A stretch of 62,002 nucleotides of DNA from Oscillospiraceae bacterium (GTDB lineage: Bacteria; Bacillota; Clostridia; Oscillospirales; UBA929): positions 1 to 62,002 of the forward strand of contig JAIRUE010000100.1 of assembly GCA_031254575.1 (NCBI GenBank), read 5' to 3'. Shown in pieces: positions 25,321-35,579 of this stretch (the stretch's first letter is position 1; each line of letters opens with the position of its first letter). The notes below the pieces were generated by a model. The model had not been told where the DNA came from. It did no database searches and saw only the letters and a list, made by a program, of their open reading frames with translations. A program made the translations under genes and the position numbers.

Positions 25321-26097
25321 TCAGTCCTCCAATTTGCCGGGGTCATAACATATGACCTTAAATTCGCAGCATTTCTCATATCCTATACGGCTGTACGCGT
25401 TTACGCCCCCCGGAAACGCCGTCAACACGGAAATCCGCCTGCCGTTCAAGACGGCGTCCTGTTCAGCCAGGCCGATCAAGTATCCGGCTATCCCCTTTTT
25501 GCGGTATCCCGCCAGTGTTCCCACCCACGCTATTTCAAGAAAATCATCGCCCAAAACAGACATACACGCGCCCGCGGGAATCCCGTTGTATTCAGCCATA
25601 TAAAAACGGACGCGGGGGTCGTTAAAAGCGTCAAGGTAGTGCCCGAATGAAAACAGATCGTATTCAAACGCCGAGTTCAGTATCGCTCCGCTCATTTTCA
25701 GCTGATGTGTTTCCCCGACCCGAAAAAGGTCGAACTGCTTCGGCGGAGCGGGAGCTATCCTTCCGGCTGACAATTCCTTCACCATTCCGTAATCAGTTCC
25801 GGACGTAAAACCGCTGTGCGACAAAAACGGGCTATATATATCGGCGCCGGGAGGCGCGGAACCGGGGGTAATGACCAGCCTGCCGGGGATTTCTCCGGCC
25901 TTCATTCTCCCGGCAAGCTCCGCGGCTTCCTTTTCATAATCCGGCCCGCTGAACCTTACGTCATATGCGCAGGAAACGTCTCCGCTGAGCCAGTTCACAT
26001 CTCCCGTGCGGTTTTGGATGCCGCGCATATTGCCGAGCATGTTCCAGTAAAGCCTGTGGCCGCGGATAACATAACCGGTAAACCGTTCGTTCGTCAT
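25321..26097 (-). CDS. GNAT-family acetyltransferase with an uncharacterised N-terminal region
   Basis: C-terminal motif A YRKKGIAGYLI. Confidence 0.6.
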   Translation of the reverse strand: MTNERFTGYVIRGHRLYWNMLGNMRGIQNRTGDVNWLSGDVSCAYDVRFSGPDYEKEAAELAGRMKAGEIPGRLVITPGSAPPGADIYSPFLSHSGFTSGTDYGMVKELSAGRIAPAPPKQFDLFRVGETHQLKMSGAILNSAFEYDLFSFGHYLDAFNDPRVRFYMAEYNGIPAGACMSVLGDDFLEIAWVGTLAGYRKKGIAGYLIGLAEQDAVLNGRRISVLTAFPGGVNAYSRIGYEKCCEFKVICYDPGKLED

Positions 26098-26102
26098 ATC
26101 CC

Positions 26103-27071
26103 TTACGCCTTCCGTTTGACCGCCCGCAGGGCCGCCGCCGCGATGTCCGCGGCGTTGAGGCTGAACCGCCCGCGCAGGTAGTCTTCCGGGCCGACCTCGC
26201 CGAACAGGTCCTGCACGCCGACCATCTCGACCGGCACGGGGCAGTTTTTGACAAGCGTCTCGGCGACCGCCCCACCTAACCCTCCGACGACATTGTGATT
26301 TTCGCAGGTCACGACGGCGCCGGTTTTTTCCGCGCTTTCAACAATCAACTCAACGTCCGCCGGTTTCCATGTGAACAGGTTGACCACCCGCGCCGCCACG
26401 CCCTGTTCCGAGAGCAGCTTCGCCGCTTCCAGCGCTTCGGCGGTCATGATACCCGAGGCAAACAGCGTCACGTCCCCGCCGTCGCGCAGAAGAACGCCCT
26501 TTCCGATTTCAAACGCGCTGCCCGGTTCGTAGACGCCGGCGGCGTTCTTGCGGTTGAGGCGGATATAGTATACGCCGCGCTTTGCCGCGATTTGCGGCAG
26601 CAGGTTCTCCAGCATAACCGAGTCGGTCGGTTCGACAAGGATCATTTCGGGAATGGCGCGCAGCACGGCCATATCCTCCAGCGGCATATGCGTCCCGCCG
26701 TTATAGGCGGCGCAGACGCCGGGGTCTGTGCCCACGATACGCACGTTGAGCTTCGCGTACGCCGCCGACATAAATATCTGGTCGCAGACGCGGCGGGTGG
26801 CAAAGGTGCCGAAGGTGTGCGCGAACGGCACGAACCCCATCGCCGACATCCCGGCGGCGACGCCCACCATGTTGGCCTCGGCGACGCCGCAGTTGACAAA
26901 ACGGCTGGGATACGCTTTCATAAAGGGCTTCATGCCCGAGGAACTCATCAGGTCGGCGTCCAGCGCCACGATGTTCTCATTCGTTTCCGCAAGTTCCATC
27001 AGTACGCGGCAGTATGTGTCGCGCATCATCTTCTCCTCCGTCCGGAGAACCGTTTTCACCGTGACGCTCAT
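26103..27071 (-). CDS. transketolase, C-terminal (pyrimidine-binding) subunit
   Basis: Split-transketolase architecture. GVAEANMVGVAAG motif. A 4-nt overlap with the N-terminal subunit gene. Confidence 0.9.
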   Translation of the reverse strand: MSVTVKTVLRTEEKMMRDTYCRVLMELAETNENIVALDADLMSSSGMKPFMKAYPSRFVNCGVAEANMVGVAAGMSAMGFVPFAHTFGTFATRRVCDQIFMSAAYAKLNVRIVGTDPGVCAAYNGGTHMPLEDMAVLRAIPEMILVEPTDSVMLENLLPQIAAKRGVYYIRLNRKNAAGVYEPGSAFEIGKGVLLRDGGDVTLFASGIMTAEALEAAKLLSEQGVAARVVNLFTWKPADVELIVESAEKTGAVVTCENHNVVGGLGGAVAETLVKNCPVPVEMVGVQDLFGEVGPEDYLRGRFSLNAADIAAAALRAVKRKA

Positions 27072-27931
27072 GCCGTCACCTCCCCGGCGGCGGGCGCGAG
27101 GGCGGCGATCTTATCCCGCGCGGCCGCCAGCGCCCCGTTCATCTGTTCCTCCGTAAAGGCGATGTGGTGATTGAATTCCTGATCCTCGGCGAAGGTGCAG
27201 CCATACCCTTTTTTCGTGTTGAGCACGATCATCGACGGGCGGTGTGACGCGGCGCCCTCCTTTACGGCGGCCAGCGCCGCGTTTTCGATCGCCGCGGTGT
27301 CGTGCCCGTTGACCGACTGGGTAAAGAAACCGAACGACGCGAACTTTGCGGCGAGGTCCCCGGTGTCAAGGACGTCTTTAACGTACCCGTCCAGCTGCTG
27401 CCCGTTCTTATCACAAAAGACGATCAGGTTATCCAGCTTTTTGTGCGCCGCCAGCATCAGGCCCTCCCAGACCTGCCCCTCGTCGCACTCGCCGTCGCCG
27501 ACGATCAGGTACGTCCTCGCGTCGAACCCGCGCAGTTTCTGGCCCAGCGCAAGCCCGACGGCGGTGGAGACGCCCTGTCCCAGCGAACCGGTCGTCATGT
27601 CCACGCCGGGGGTCCTGTTCATATCGCAGTGGCTCGGCAGAGTGGTACCGGGCCGGTTGAGGGTTTTCAGCAGGCTTTTCGCGAAATACCCGCGCGCCGC
27701 CAGCGCGGCGTAGACAGCGGGGCCGGCGTGGCCTTTGCTGCAAACCAGCCGGTCGCGTTCGGGCCAGTCCGGCCGCTCCGGGTCAACCCGCATGACACCG
27801 TTGTACAGCACAGCCAGCGTCTCGACAACACTCATCGCGCCGCCCACATGCCCGAACCCCCGCGCCTCAAACACGCGCAGAGTCTCCAGGCGCAGTTCGG
27901 CGGCGCGGAGGGGAAGATTTTGGTTATTCAC
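27068..27931 (-). CDS. transketolase, N-terminal (TPP-binding) subunit
   Basis: GH.G...S..E....LY and the TPP motif GDGE.DEG..WE. Confidence 0.9.
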   Translation of the reverse strand: MNNQNLPLRAAELRLETLRVFEARGFGHVGGAMSVVETLAVLYNGVMRVDPERPDWPERDRLVCSKGHAGPAVYAALAARGYFAKSLLKTLNRPGTTLPSHCDMNRTPGVDMTTGSLGQGVSTAVGLALGQKLRGFDARTYLIVGDGECDEGQVWEGLMLAAHKKLDNLIVFCDKNGQQLDGYVKDVLDTGDLAAKFASFGFFTQSVNGHDTAAIENAALAAVKEGAASHRPSMIVLNTKKGYGCTFAEDQEFNHHIAFTEEQMNGALAAARDKIAALAPAAGEVTA

Positions 27932-27951
27932 GGGGGCATCCGTCCTTTCCG

Positions 27952-29058
27952 TTATTTGCGCCGTATCTCGTCGATAATTTCACATCTCATTTGAATCAGC
28001 CGCTTCAGTATCTCCAAATCCCCGCCGGCGGGATTGCGCCACCGGAAAGCGATCATGCCGCCGCCGCACACCCTCTGCCGTTTGCCCAGCACCGTCACGA
28101 ACATACCGAGATGAGAGGTTGAGCAGGCGTCACACCGCCAGATATGGCGCAGGGCCTGTTTTTGAAATTCCCGCGGTTCTCTTTCCAAACGCCCGTTTAT
28201 CAGCGCCGGATCGTCCCAATTGTATGCGCCGATAATACGCACGTCCAGCAAACGCTCGCAGTCGCCCATCGAGCCGACGCACATGACTTGCGCGCCTTTG
28301 TATTTGTAGTCCACCTTCCAAAAGGTGCCGATTGCGGGGCTCATGTTGTTTTGGAGGGCAAAATCATGCAGAGATTCCGCCTGTTCGCGCTGTTCGGATA
28401 TAAGCGGGGCGTAATAATCCTCATAGGTTGGCTTGTATTTGGCGCCTAACGGGCGAAAATCGGCGTTTCCAAACGCGAAAAACGCAAACCCGCTCAATTT
28501 TTCACACTTTTTCGCCAACGCGCAGATTGCCGGAAACATGCCGGGATACCGCGTTGAGATAAACTGACCGCTATCTGAAGTCAATCCCACGCGCGACAGG
28601 GCTTTCAACCTTTTCGCAAGGGAAATCGGGCTTCTGGCGGTACTCACCTGCTGATCCATAACGGCTAAATCGCTTTCGGAAACGCCAAGCGTATCACCGT
28701 CCAGGACGCCCGCTTTGCCCAGCATACACAGCAACGCGATATACCCGTGCACAACATTGCGCGTCTGCGACAGTATGTCCTTCGTCTTCGACGGAGACCG
28801 CCTTTTCATGCCGTTGACCGTCACGCCGCCGCAAAACTCCTCCAGCGCCATCACCGGAAGGGCGTATTCCTCCGGGTTGTCATACATATCCGAAAGCATA
28901 CCGGTCATAAATCCGTGACAGGCCGCACAAGACGCGCGCATGTCAGGCCCGGACGCCGCCGAAAGAGAGCGTTCCAGCGGCGTAAGCCCCCGCGCGTGAG
29001 CATAGACCTGGCTGTGTACGGCGGAGGGAAAAGCGGTCAGTTCCACACTAAAATCCAT
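27952..29058 (-). CDS. hypothetical Cys-containing protein (368 aa)
   Basis: ATG at 29058 with GAGG 6 nt upstream, only 8 nt after the glyQS stop. The C-terminal WRCDAC...x21...CGGG pattern suggests a metal site. No family recognised. Confidence 0.6.
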   Translation of the reverse strand: MDFSVELTAFPSAVHSQVYAHARGLTPLERSLSAASGPDMRASCAACHGFMTGMLSDMYDNPEEYALPVMALEEFCGGVTVNGMKRRSPSKTKDILSQTRNVVHGYIALLCMLGKAGVLDGDTLGVSESDLAVMDQQVSTARSPISLAKRLKALSRVGLTSDSGQFISTRYPGMFPAICALAKKCEKLSGFAFFAFGNADFRPLGAKYKPTYEDYYAPLISEQREQAESLHDFALQNNMSPAIGTFWKVDYKYKGAQVMCVGSMGDCERLLDVRIIGAYNWDDPALINGRLEREPREFQKQALRHIWRCDACSTSHLGMFVTVLGKRQRVCGGGMIAFRWRNPAGGDLEILKRLIQMRCEIIDEIRRK

Positions 29059-29066
29059 ATCTAACC

Positions 29067-30440
29067 TCAATACGCCAGCCGCTCATTGATATAGGCAGCA
29101 ACGCCGTCGATACTGACGCGCTCCTGCGCCATTGTGTCGCGGTCGCGCACGGTGACGCAGCGGTCGTCTTTGCTGTCGAAGTCATAGGTGACGCAGAACG
29201 GGGTGCCGGTCTCGTCCTGACGGCGGTAACGGCGGCCGATGGCCCCCGCCTCGTCGTAATCGGTAAAGAAATGCTTTTTCAGACGTGAGCAAAGCTGCAC
29301 GGCCTCTTCAGACAGTTTCTTGCTGAGCGGGAGCACGGCGCATTTGACCGGGGCCAGCGCCGGGTGCAGGCGCAGGACGGTGCGCGTGTCGCCGTCCTGC
29401 AGCGTCTCCTCGTCGTAGGCGTCAACCAAAAAGGCCAGCATAACGCGGTCTACGCCGAGCGAGGGTTCGATGACGTAGGGAATATACTTTTCGTTTGATT
29501 CGGGGTCAAAATACTCCATGTTTTCACCCGATTCGGTCTGATGGCATTTCAGATCGTAGTCGGTGCGGTCGGCGATCCCCCACAACTCACCCCAGCCGAA
29601 CGGATAGAGGTATTCGATGTCGGTCGTGGCGTTGGAGTAATGGGACAGCTCGGTCGGCTCATGGTCGCGCGTCCGCACATTCTCCGGCTTAAGGCCCAGC
29701 CCCAGCAGCCAGCCGCGGCAAAACTGCTTCCAAAAATCAAACCATGTACGGTCGGTGCCGGGCTGGCAGAAAAATTCCAGCTCCATCTGCTCAAATTCGC
29801 GCGTGCGGAAAATGAAATTGCCCGGCGTGATCTCATTGCGGAACGCTTTGCCGATCTGCGCGATACCGAACGGCACCTTGCGCCGCGAGGAGCGCTGGAC
29901 GTTTTTGAACTGCACGAAAATGCCCTGCGCCGTCTCGGGCCGCAGGTAGATGGCCGAGGCGGTATCCTCATTGACGCCATGGAAGGTCTTGAACATCATG
30001 TTGAATTGGCGGACGGAGGTGAAATCCCGCGCGCCGCAGCCGGGGCAGGCGATATTATTCTCCTTTATCCAGTCGCTCATCTGGTCAAAACTCATACCGG
30101 CCGGGTTACCGCCGTTCCCCTCGATCAAATGGTCCGCCCGGTGGCGCGTCTTGCATTGGCGGCAGTCCATCAGCGGGTCGTTGAAGTTCTTGAGGTGCCC
30201 CGACGCCTTCCAGACGGAGGGATTCATCAGGATGCCCGAGTCCAGCCCGACGTTGAACGGGCTCTCGCGGACAAATTTCCTCCACCACGCCGCTTTGACG
30301 TTATTCTTCAGCTCCGCGCCCAGCGGCCCGTAATCCCATGTGTTGGCCAGCCCGCCGTAAATCTCCGAGCCGGGGTAGATGAACCCGCGCCCCTTGCACA
30401 GCGCCGCCAGTTTGTCCATGCTCTTCCGCGTGTTTTCCAT
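29067..30440 (-). CDS. glyQS: glycine--tRNA ligase (alpha2 type)
   Basis: [21 protein letters not shown], class II motifs, and FRNEI.P. ATG at 30440 with GTGAGG upstream. Confidence 0.93.
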   Translation of the reverse strand: MENTRKSMDKLAALCKGRGFIYPGSEIYGGLANTWDYGPLGAELKNNVKAAWWRKFVRESPFNVGLDSGILMNPSVWKASGHLKNFNDPLMDCRQCKTRHRADHLIEGNGGNPAGMSFDQMSDWIKENNIACPGCGARDFTSVRQFNMMFKTFHGVNEDTASAIYLRPETAQGIFVQFKNVQRSSRRKVPFGIAQIGKAFRNEITPGNFIFRTREFEQMELEFFCQPGTDRTWFDFWKQFCRGWLLGLGLKPENVRTRDHEPTELSHYSNATTDIEYLYPFGWGELWGIADRTDYDLKCHQTESGENMEYFDPESNEKYIPYVIEPSLGVDRVMLAFLVDAYDEETLQDGDTRTVLRLHPALAPVKCAVLPLSKKLSEEAVQLCSRLKKHFFTDYDEAGAIGRRYRRQDETGTPFCVTYDFDSKDDRCVTVRDRDTMAQERVSIDGVAAYINERLAY

Positions 30441-30522
30441 ATCATTAACCTCACTTACCGGATCGTCGAATGAAATACTCACAATATACCATATGAATCA
30501 CAGATTGTAAACCGGGCCTCCT

Positions 30523-31875
30523 TCATTTCCCTACGCAAAACTTCGCGAAGATCCCGTCTATGACCTCCTCGCGCACATGCCGCCCCGTCAGTTCGCCGAC
30601 GGCGGCAAGCGCGCGCTCCAACTCCGCCGATACGGCGTCGGGGGTGATCCCGCCCCGCAGCCCCGCGAGCGCGGTTTTCACGGCGTCAACGGTCCGGCGC
30701 ACCGCGTCGGCCTGCCGGATGTTTGTCAGGACGGAGCCGTCATAGAACGTGTCGCCGGCCTCATAAAGGCGGCGCAGGGTGCTGTCCACGGCGTCGAGGC
30801 CCTGGCCCGTTTTGGCCGACACGGGCAGGACATGCAGGAAAGCGGCTTCCAGTTGCTCGCGCTCCAGTTTCTGCGGCAGGTCAACCTTGTTGATGAGGAC
30901 CAGGCACGCGCGGTCACGGGCGAGGTCCAAAACGGCGCGGTCCCCTTCGTCCATTTCGGCCGAGCCGTCCAGCACCGCGAACAAAAGCTCGGCGTTTTCG
31001 GCCGCGTCGCGCGCCCGTGATACGCCCGCCGCCTCAACGGCGTCGTATGTCTCACGGATACCGGCGCCGTCTGTGATCCGCAGCTTCACGCCGCCGACCG
31101 TCACCGTCTCCTCCAGCGTGTCCCGCGTTGTGCCGGGTACGGGCGATACAATGGCGCGCTCATGCCCCGCGAAAGCGTTGAGAAGCGAACTCTTGCCCAC
31201 GTTTGGCTTACCGAGGATGGAACACCGCAGCCCTTCGCGCAGCAGCAGGCCCTTTCCGGCCGTCGCAAGCAGCGCCTCAAGCGGCTCCAAAACGGATTGG
31301 AGGACGCTGACGGGTTCCCCGGGAGAGATCTCCTCCTCCGGGTAATCCACCGCGGCGTAAAAACGGGCCAGCAGATCGGCCAGCGCGTCATACGCCTTTG
31401 AAAACGCGCGCCCCACCGTTCCGTTAAGCTGCCCCGCGGCGTTGCGGGCGGCGTCACGCGTCTCGGCGGTCACCAGATCGGCCACCGCCTCGGCCTGAGA
31501 CAGCGACAGCTTTCCATGCAGGAACGCGCGGCGGGTAAACTCACCCGGCGCGGCGGGTAAAGCCCCGGCCCTGTAAAGAGCCTCCAACACAGCCCGCAAG
31601 ACCGGGATACAGCCGTGCAGATACAGTTCTACGGTATCCTCGCCGGTGTAAGAATAGGGGGCGACCATCCTGACCGCCATCCCCTCATCCAACAAGTCGC
31701 CGTCAATGACCACGTCCCCCGTCACAAGCGCGCGGGGTTTCCACAGGGCAGCCGGCAAGCCGCCGCGCGCCTCAAAGACCGACGACGCCAGCGTAAAAGC
31801 CCGCCCGCCGCTGATCCGTATAACGCCAAGCGCGCCCGACAGAGGCGGTGTGGCCAGCGCCGCGATGGTCTCCAT
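30523..31875 (-). CDS. mnmE: tRNA modification GTPase MnmE
   Basis: METIAALATP...G.IRISG. G domain GKPNVGKSSLLN and DGAG. The C-terminus FCVGK corresponds to the C(I/V)GK motif. Confidence 0.92.
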   Translation of the reverse strand: METIAALATPPLSGALGVIRISGGRAFTLASSVFEARGGLPAALWKPRALVTGDVVIDGDLLDEGMAVRMVAPYSYTGEDTVELYLHGCIPVLRAVLEALYRAGALPAAPGEFTRRAFLHGKLSLSQAEAVADLVTAETRDAARNAAGQLNGTVGRAFSKAYDALADLLARFYAAVDYPEEEISPGEPVSVLQSVLEPLEALLATAGKGLLLREGLRCSILGKPNVGKSSLLNAFAGHERAIVSPVPGTTRDTLEETVTVGGVKLRITDGAGIRETYDAVEAAGVSRARDAAENAELLFAVLDGSAEMDEGDRAVLDLARDRACLVLINKVDLPQKLEREQLEAAFLHVLPVSAKTGQGLDAVDSTLRRLYEAGDTFYDGSVLTNIRQADAVRRTVDAVKTALAGLRGGITPDAVSAELERALAAVGELTGRHVREEVIDGIFAKFCVGK

Positions 31876-31888
31876 CCCGCATACCCCC

Positions 31889-33352
31889 TTAAAAACTGGA
31901 AATCTCCCCGCCCCCGTCAATTATGTCAAACCGGCTCAAAAAATTCTGCTGAAGCGACATGCGGCTGATAATCAGCCCCTCGTTGACGCCGTTATGAACG
32001 ATTAAAAACTGCAAATCGCTCATACGATAAAGCTCCAGCGTATCGGTTCCGCCGTCAAGGAAACGTATGGTGACACGGTAATCCGGCGGGGAGGAGGGAA
32101 GCGGGGTGTCCGTAACGCCTTCCTGCGAGATCCGGAGGACGGCCATATACAGCCTGCGCGCGTTGATTTCGGATATTTCCTTCCCGTCCAGCCACCCGTT
32201 GAGGGTATTTGCGCCGGTATCCTCCTCGTAAAAATGCTCATATGTCAATACGCGGGTGACGCCTTCCAGCTCAAACGTCACCGACGATACCGTTTTAATG
32301 TCATACAGCCAAATCGTCCGCGCCCGCATGTCGGCGTATTGAACGTCCAGGAAACCGTAATCTCCGTTGGGGTCAAACAAAACGGCGTCATAGCCCTCGA
32401 TCATCACATACCGCCCGCCGCGCTCCGCGTCGTACCGCCCGATCAGCAGCGTGCCGCTCCAGCCGTCGGTCCCGGCCAGTGTCAGCCGAGCCGGTTCGTT
32501 CAGACCGTACGCGGACAGGTCGGCGGGGAGAAGCGCCTCGACGCTTTCGGGCGCAATGGCGGTGACCGGTTCAAAAAAAGCGGTCTGAAGCATAAAGTCG
32601 CTGCTTTCACTCTCCGCAGGCCTTGTGATGCGGTACAGAGACGCGCCCGTAGGCGCTTCGGCCATTTCCTCATCGGAGCGCTTGCGGAGCTCGATAACTC
32701 CTCCGTCCTTTTCGAGCAGACAATACTCAATGAGCAGAAACGTCTGTTCCTCCTGGGTGGAGCGCGGGTAAGGAAAGAATGTCAAGTCATAGTATTCCTC
32801 AAGTGTCTTTGTGAGATAGGAGCTCTGATAATCCGTAAGCAAAAATACCTCCCGGCTGTTTTTTCCCCGCGCGTAACGGCCCGTTCCGGCCGCCGGCACG
32901 GCGCCGGCCGTCAGTTCGGCCGAGGTGCCGTCGGCGCGGTTGACCCGCCACGTCATCACCGGCTTGTCAAGGCCGAACAGCGCCAGCTGCCCGTCGGTGG
33001 CCTCCGCGGTCACCTTTATCAAATTGGTGAGGGAAGTCGCGCAGGTGTAAGCGGAATGCATCGCCGTCTGCCTGCCGGGGAAGATCGCCTCCCCGGCGTC
33101 AAGGGCGCAGTCCCCGCTTTCAGGATCGCGCCGGATGGTATAGGGCTTGCCGCCGGGCGGCGAGAACGATATGCTGTTCACATTGTCCTGTGATTCCTTG
33201 AACAGGTCGGCCCTGTCCTCCCCGGCGGGTTCCGGGAGGCCGGAAGGTTCGGGCGATCCCTCCGGCCACAGACTCAGCGCGACGATCCCCGCCGCCAGTA
33301 CCGCGATGGCGGCTATACCGAAAACCAGCGTTAAACGCCTCTTAGGCGTCAT
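31889..33352 (-). CDS. DUF4340-like membrane-anchored protein
   Basis: ATG at 33352 with AAGGAG upstream. One N-terminal TM segment. It holds the position after a GldG-like gene that is typical of DUF4340. Confidence 0.55.
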   Translation of the reverse strand: MTPKRRLTLVFGIAAIAVLAAGIVALSLWPEGSPEPSGLPEPAGEDRADLFKESQDNVNSISFSPPGGKPYTIRRDPESGDCALDAGEAIFPGRQTAMHSAYTCATSLTNLIKVTAEATDGQLALFGLDKPVMTWRVNRADGTSAELTAGAVPAAGTGRYARGKNSREVFLLTDYQSSYLTKTLEEYYDLTFFPYPRSTQEEQTFLLIEYCLLEKDGGVIELRKRSDEEMAEAPTGASLYRITRPAESESSDFMLQTAFFEPVTAIAPESVEALLPADLSAYGLNEPARLTLAGTDGWSGTLLIGRYDAERGGRYVMIEGYDAVLFDPNGDYGFLDVQYADMRARTIWLYDIKTVSSVTFELEGVTRVLTYEHFYEEDTGANTLNGWLDGKEISEINARRLYMAVLRISQEGVTDTPLPSSPPDYRVTIRFLDGGTDTLELYRMSDLQFLIVHNGVNEGLIISRMSLQQNFLSRFDIIDGGGEISSF

Positions 33353-33371
33353 ACCGCACACTCCTTTAATT

Positions 33372-34859
33372 TTACTGATGTCTGCGTCTGCGCCACACCA
33401 GAATGCCCAGCAGTATGATGATGAGCGGCAGCGCGATGACCATAAGAAGAAGCACGGCGCGGGCCTGGCCGGCGCTGACCGGGACCTGCGCGCCCACGAT
33501 CTGCTTGGACGGGATATACACGCTCTGGCCAAACGGGTTGAAGTCGTTGGCAAAGTCGGCCATCAGCTCAAGGTTATAAAAAGACTGGCCGTAATACGAC
33601 AGAAACGTGTCGTCAATCAGTCCGGCGCTGGATACGATCATATGCGCGAAAACCTGGCTTCCGTCCGGGGCGTTTGACGCCCGGCGGATGTCGTAGCCAA
33701 GGGCGAACGGGCCGGAGAGATCGCCGTCCTCCCTCTCCGGCGTGGTGAGCTGCCCACCGCCGAAATCCTTTGCGTAGGATGAGGAAGAAAAGGTCTGGAT
33801 AAAGGGCAGAGCCGTGTAACTGCCCCTCTGTCCGTTGGCCCACAGGGAACGCACGGGTCTGGCGAGATACAGGGCCACACGCTTTTCGGCAGCCTCCGCG
33901 GCGGAAAGAGAGGGCAGCAAGCCGCTCCTGACCCCCGCCACGATAACGCTGAAATCCGCGGAAAGACTGTATTGCTCGTCGCACACCAGATGGCTGTCTA
34001 CCGTAACGCCCCACTGTTCCAGAAAACCGTCCAGCCGCGGCAGAGACAGGGTGTTAAAATCATAGAAGATCATAGCGTTGCCGCCCGCCGCGAGGTAATC
34101 CTCCAGCTTGCCGATTTCCTCGCTGAGAAAATCGGTTTTGGGGGCGGAAGAGACGACGACGACCGTGTCGTCCGGTATATCTTCAAGCGCAAGGGTCAGC
34201 GAGGAACAGGCATAGCCGAATCTTTCAAACAGAAAGCGTATAACCTCCGCCGGGTTTTCATTGTGCCCCTCCAGGAACACGGCCCTCGCCACCTGTTCGC
34301 TCAAAACGTACAGCAGCGCGCTCACCAGTTCCTGATCGGCATTGACGCCGGTTATAACCGGCTGCCCATAGCTGTCGTAGCTCCACGAAAACAGGTTGGA
34401 AACCGGCACGGTTATGGCGCGGCGCGCGCTTAACAGGATGATGTCGTCCTGTTTCATCCCCTCCAGATCCGGGTACGCCTCCTTGAGTTGGCTGAGCGAA
34501 TTGCCAAACTCGGGGCCGTTGAAGGAGTTGAGGGCGGGGTTGACGTACTGAACGCGGATACGGCCGCCCGTCATGGCGGAATAGTTTTGCAAAATGTCAA
34601 CGATACGGACCCAAGTCGCGTGGGCGAGCCATGCCGACTCGTCCGACAGCACGATGAGGTCAACCGTTTCGTCAATCCCCTCCAAAACCTCAACAGCCTT
34701 ATCGGAAAGGGAATACAGGCCCGACTCGGTGAGGTCGGCCTTGAGGTAGAAGCGCCCGGTCAGCATCCCGGCCAATACGTTGAGCAGGATAACCGCCGTC
34801 AGGAATACAACAATGACGAGCAGGGAAAACCCGCCGTATTTCAGCTTTTTTTTATTCAT
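33372..34859 (-). CDS. GldG-like ABC-transporter auxiliary component
   Basis: N- and C-terminal TM anchors flank a large extracytoplasmic domain. It follows an ABC-2 permease gene. Confidence 0.65.
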   Translation of the reverse strand: MNKKKLKYGGFSLLVIVVFLTAVILLNVLAGMLTGRFYLKADLTESGLYSLSDKAVEVLEGIDETVDLIVLSDESAWLAHATWVRIVDILQNYSAMTGGRIRVQYVNPALNSFNGPEFGNSLSQLKEAYPDLEGMKQDDIILLSARRAITVPVSNLFSWSYDSYGQPVITGVNADQELVSALLYVLSEQVARAVFLEGHNENPAEVIRFLFERFGYACSSLTLALEDIPDDTVVVVSSAPKTDFLSEEIGKLEDYLAAGGNAMIFYDFNTLSLPRLDGFLEQWGVTVDSHLVCDEQYSLSADFSVIVAGVRSGLLPSLSAAEAAEKRVALYLARPVRSLWANGQRGSYTALPFIQTFSSSSYAKDFGGGQLTTPEREDGDLSGPFALGYDIRRASNAPDGSQVFAHMIVSSAGLIDDTFLSYYGQSFYNLELMADFANDFNPFGQSVYIPSKQIVGAQVPVSAGQARAVLLLMVIALPLIIILLGILVWRRRRHQ

Positions 34860-34862
34860 AAC

Positions 34863-35579
34863 TCAGGCCCACCTCCTTTTTTCCAGCCCGCGCACGGTCA
34901 GGAAGAGGAAAACGGCGGAGATGGAGAGGAAATATACGATGTCGTCCAACGCCAGCACGCCCCGCGTGATACTGGAATAGCGCCCGAAAATCGAGAAGAA
35001 GTACAGCGCGCGCATAACGAAAGCCGGCAGGGTGCTCTGGAAAAAAACCAGCGGCAAAACCTCCAGGAGATACAGCGCCACGAAAAGGCCCAGCGAGCCG
35101 ACGGCCGCGACGACCTGGTTTTCGGTGAGGGAGGAAATGAAGACGCCCATAGCGATATAGGCCGAGCCGATGCAGAGGATACCGGCATAGTTGCCCACAA
35201 CCTCCGCGATATTGTTTTCACCGAAGAACGATATGGCAAAGGGCCACAGCAGCGTCAGCAGCAGCAGGCAGACAAAGACGGCGAGGGAGGAGAGGTATTT
35301 GCCGACGACGATGCCGGAGAGTTTTACGGGAGACGTAAACAGCAGCTGGTCGGTCTTCTGCTTGAAATCCTCCGAAAACACGCGCATGGTGAGGATGGGC
35401 GTTATGAACATCATCACGAGCAGCATGAAACTGAACACGCCGGCCAGCGACGCGGAGGCCCCCAGCGCGTTGTTGAGGTAAAAGATAAGGTTTAAGACGA
35501 AGATATAGGCGCCCAGATAGATGTACCCAATCGCCGAGGTGAAATACGCTTTGAAATCCCTCTTAAAAACGGCAAGCAT
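34863..35579 (-). CDS. ABC-2 type transporter permease
   Basis: Six hydrophobic segments. A 1-nt overlap with the ATPase gene. Confidence 0.75.
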   Translation of the reverse strand: MLAVFKRDFKAYFTSAIGYIYLGAYIFVLNLIFYLNNALGASASLAGVFSFMLLVMMFITPILTMRVFSEDFKQKTDQLLFTSPVKLSGIVVGKYLSSLAVFVCLLLLTLLWPFAISFFGENNIAEVVGNYAGILCIGSAYIAMGVFISSLTENQVVAAVGSLGLFVALYLLEVLPLVFFQSTLPAFVMRALYFFSIFGRYSSITRGVLALDDIVYFLSISAVFLFLTVRGLEKRRWA

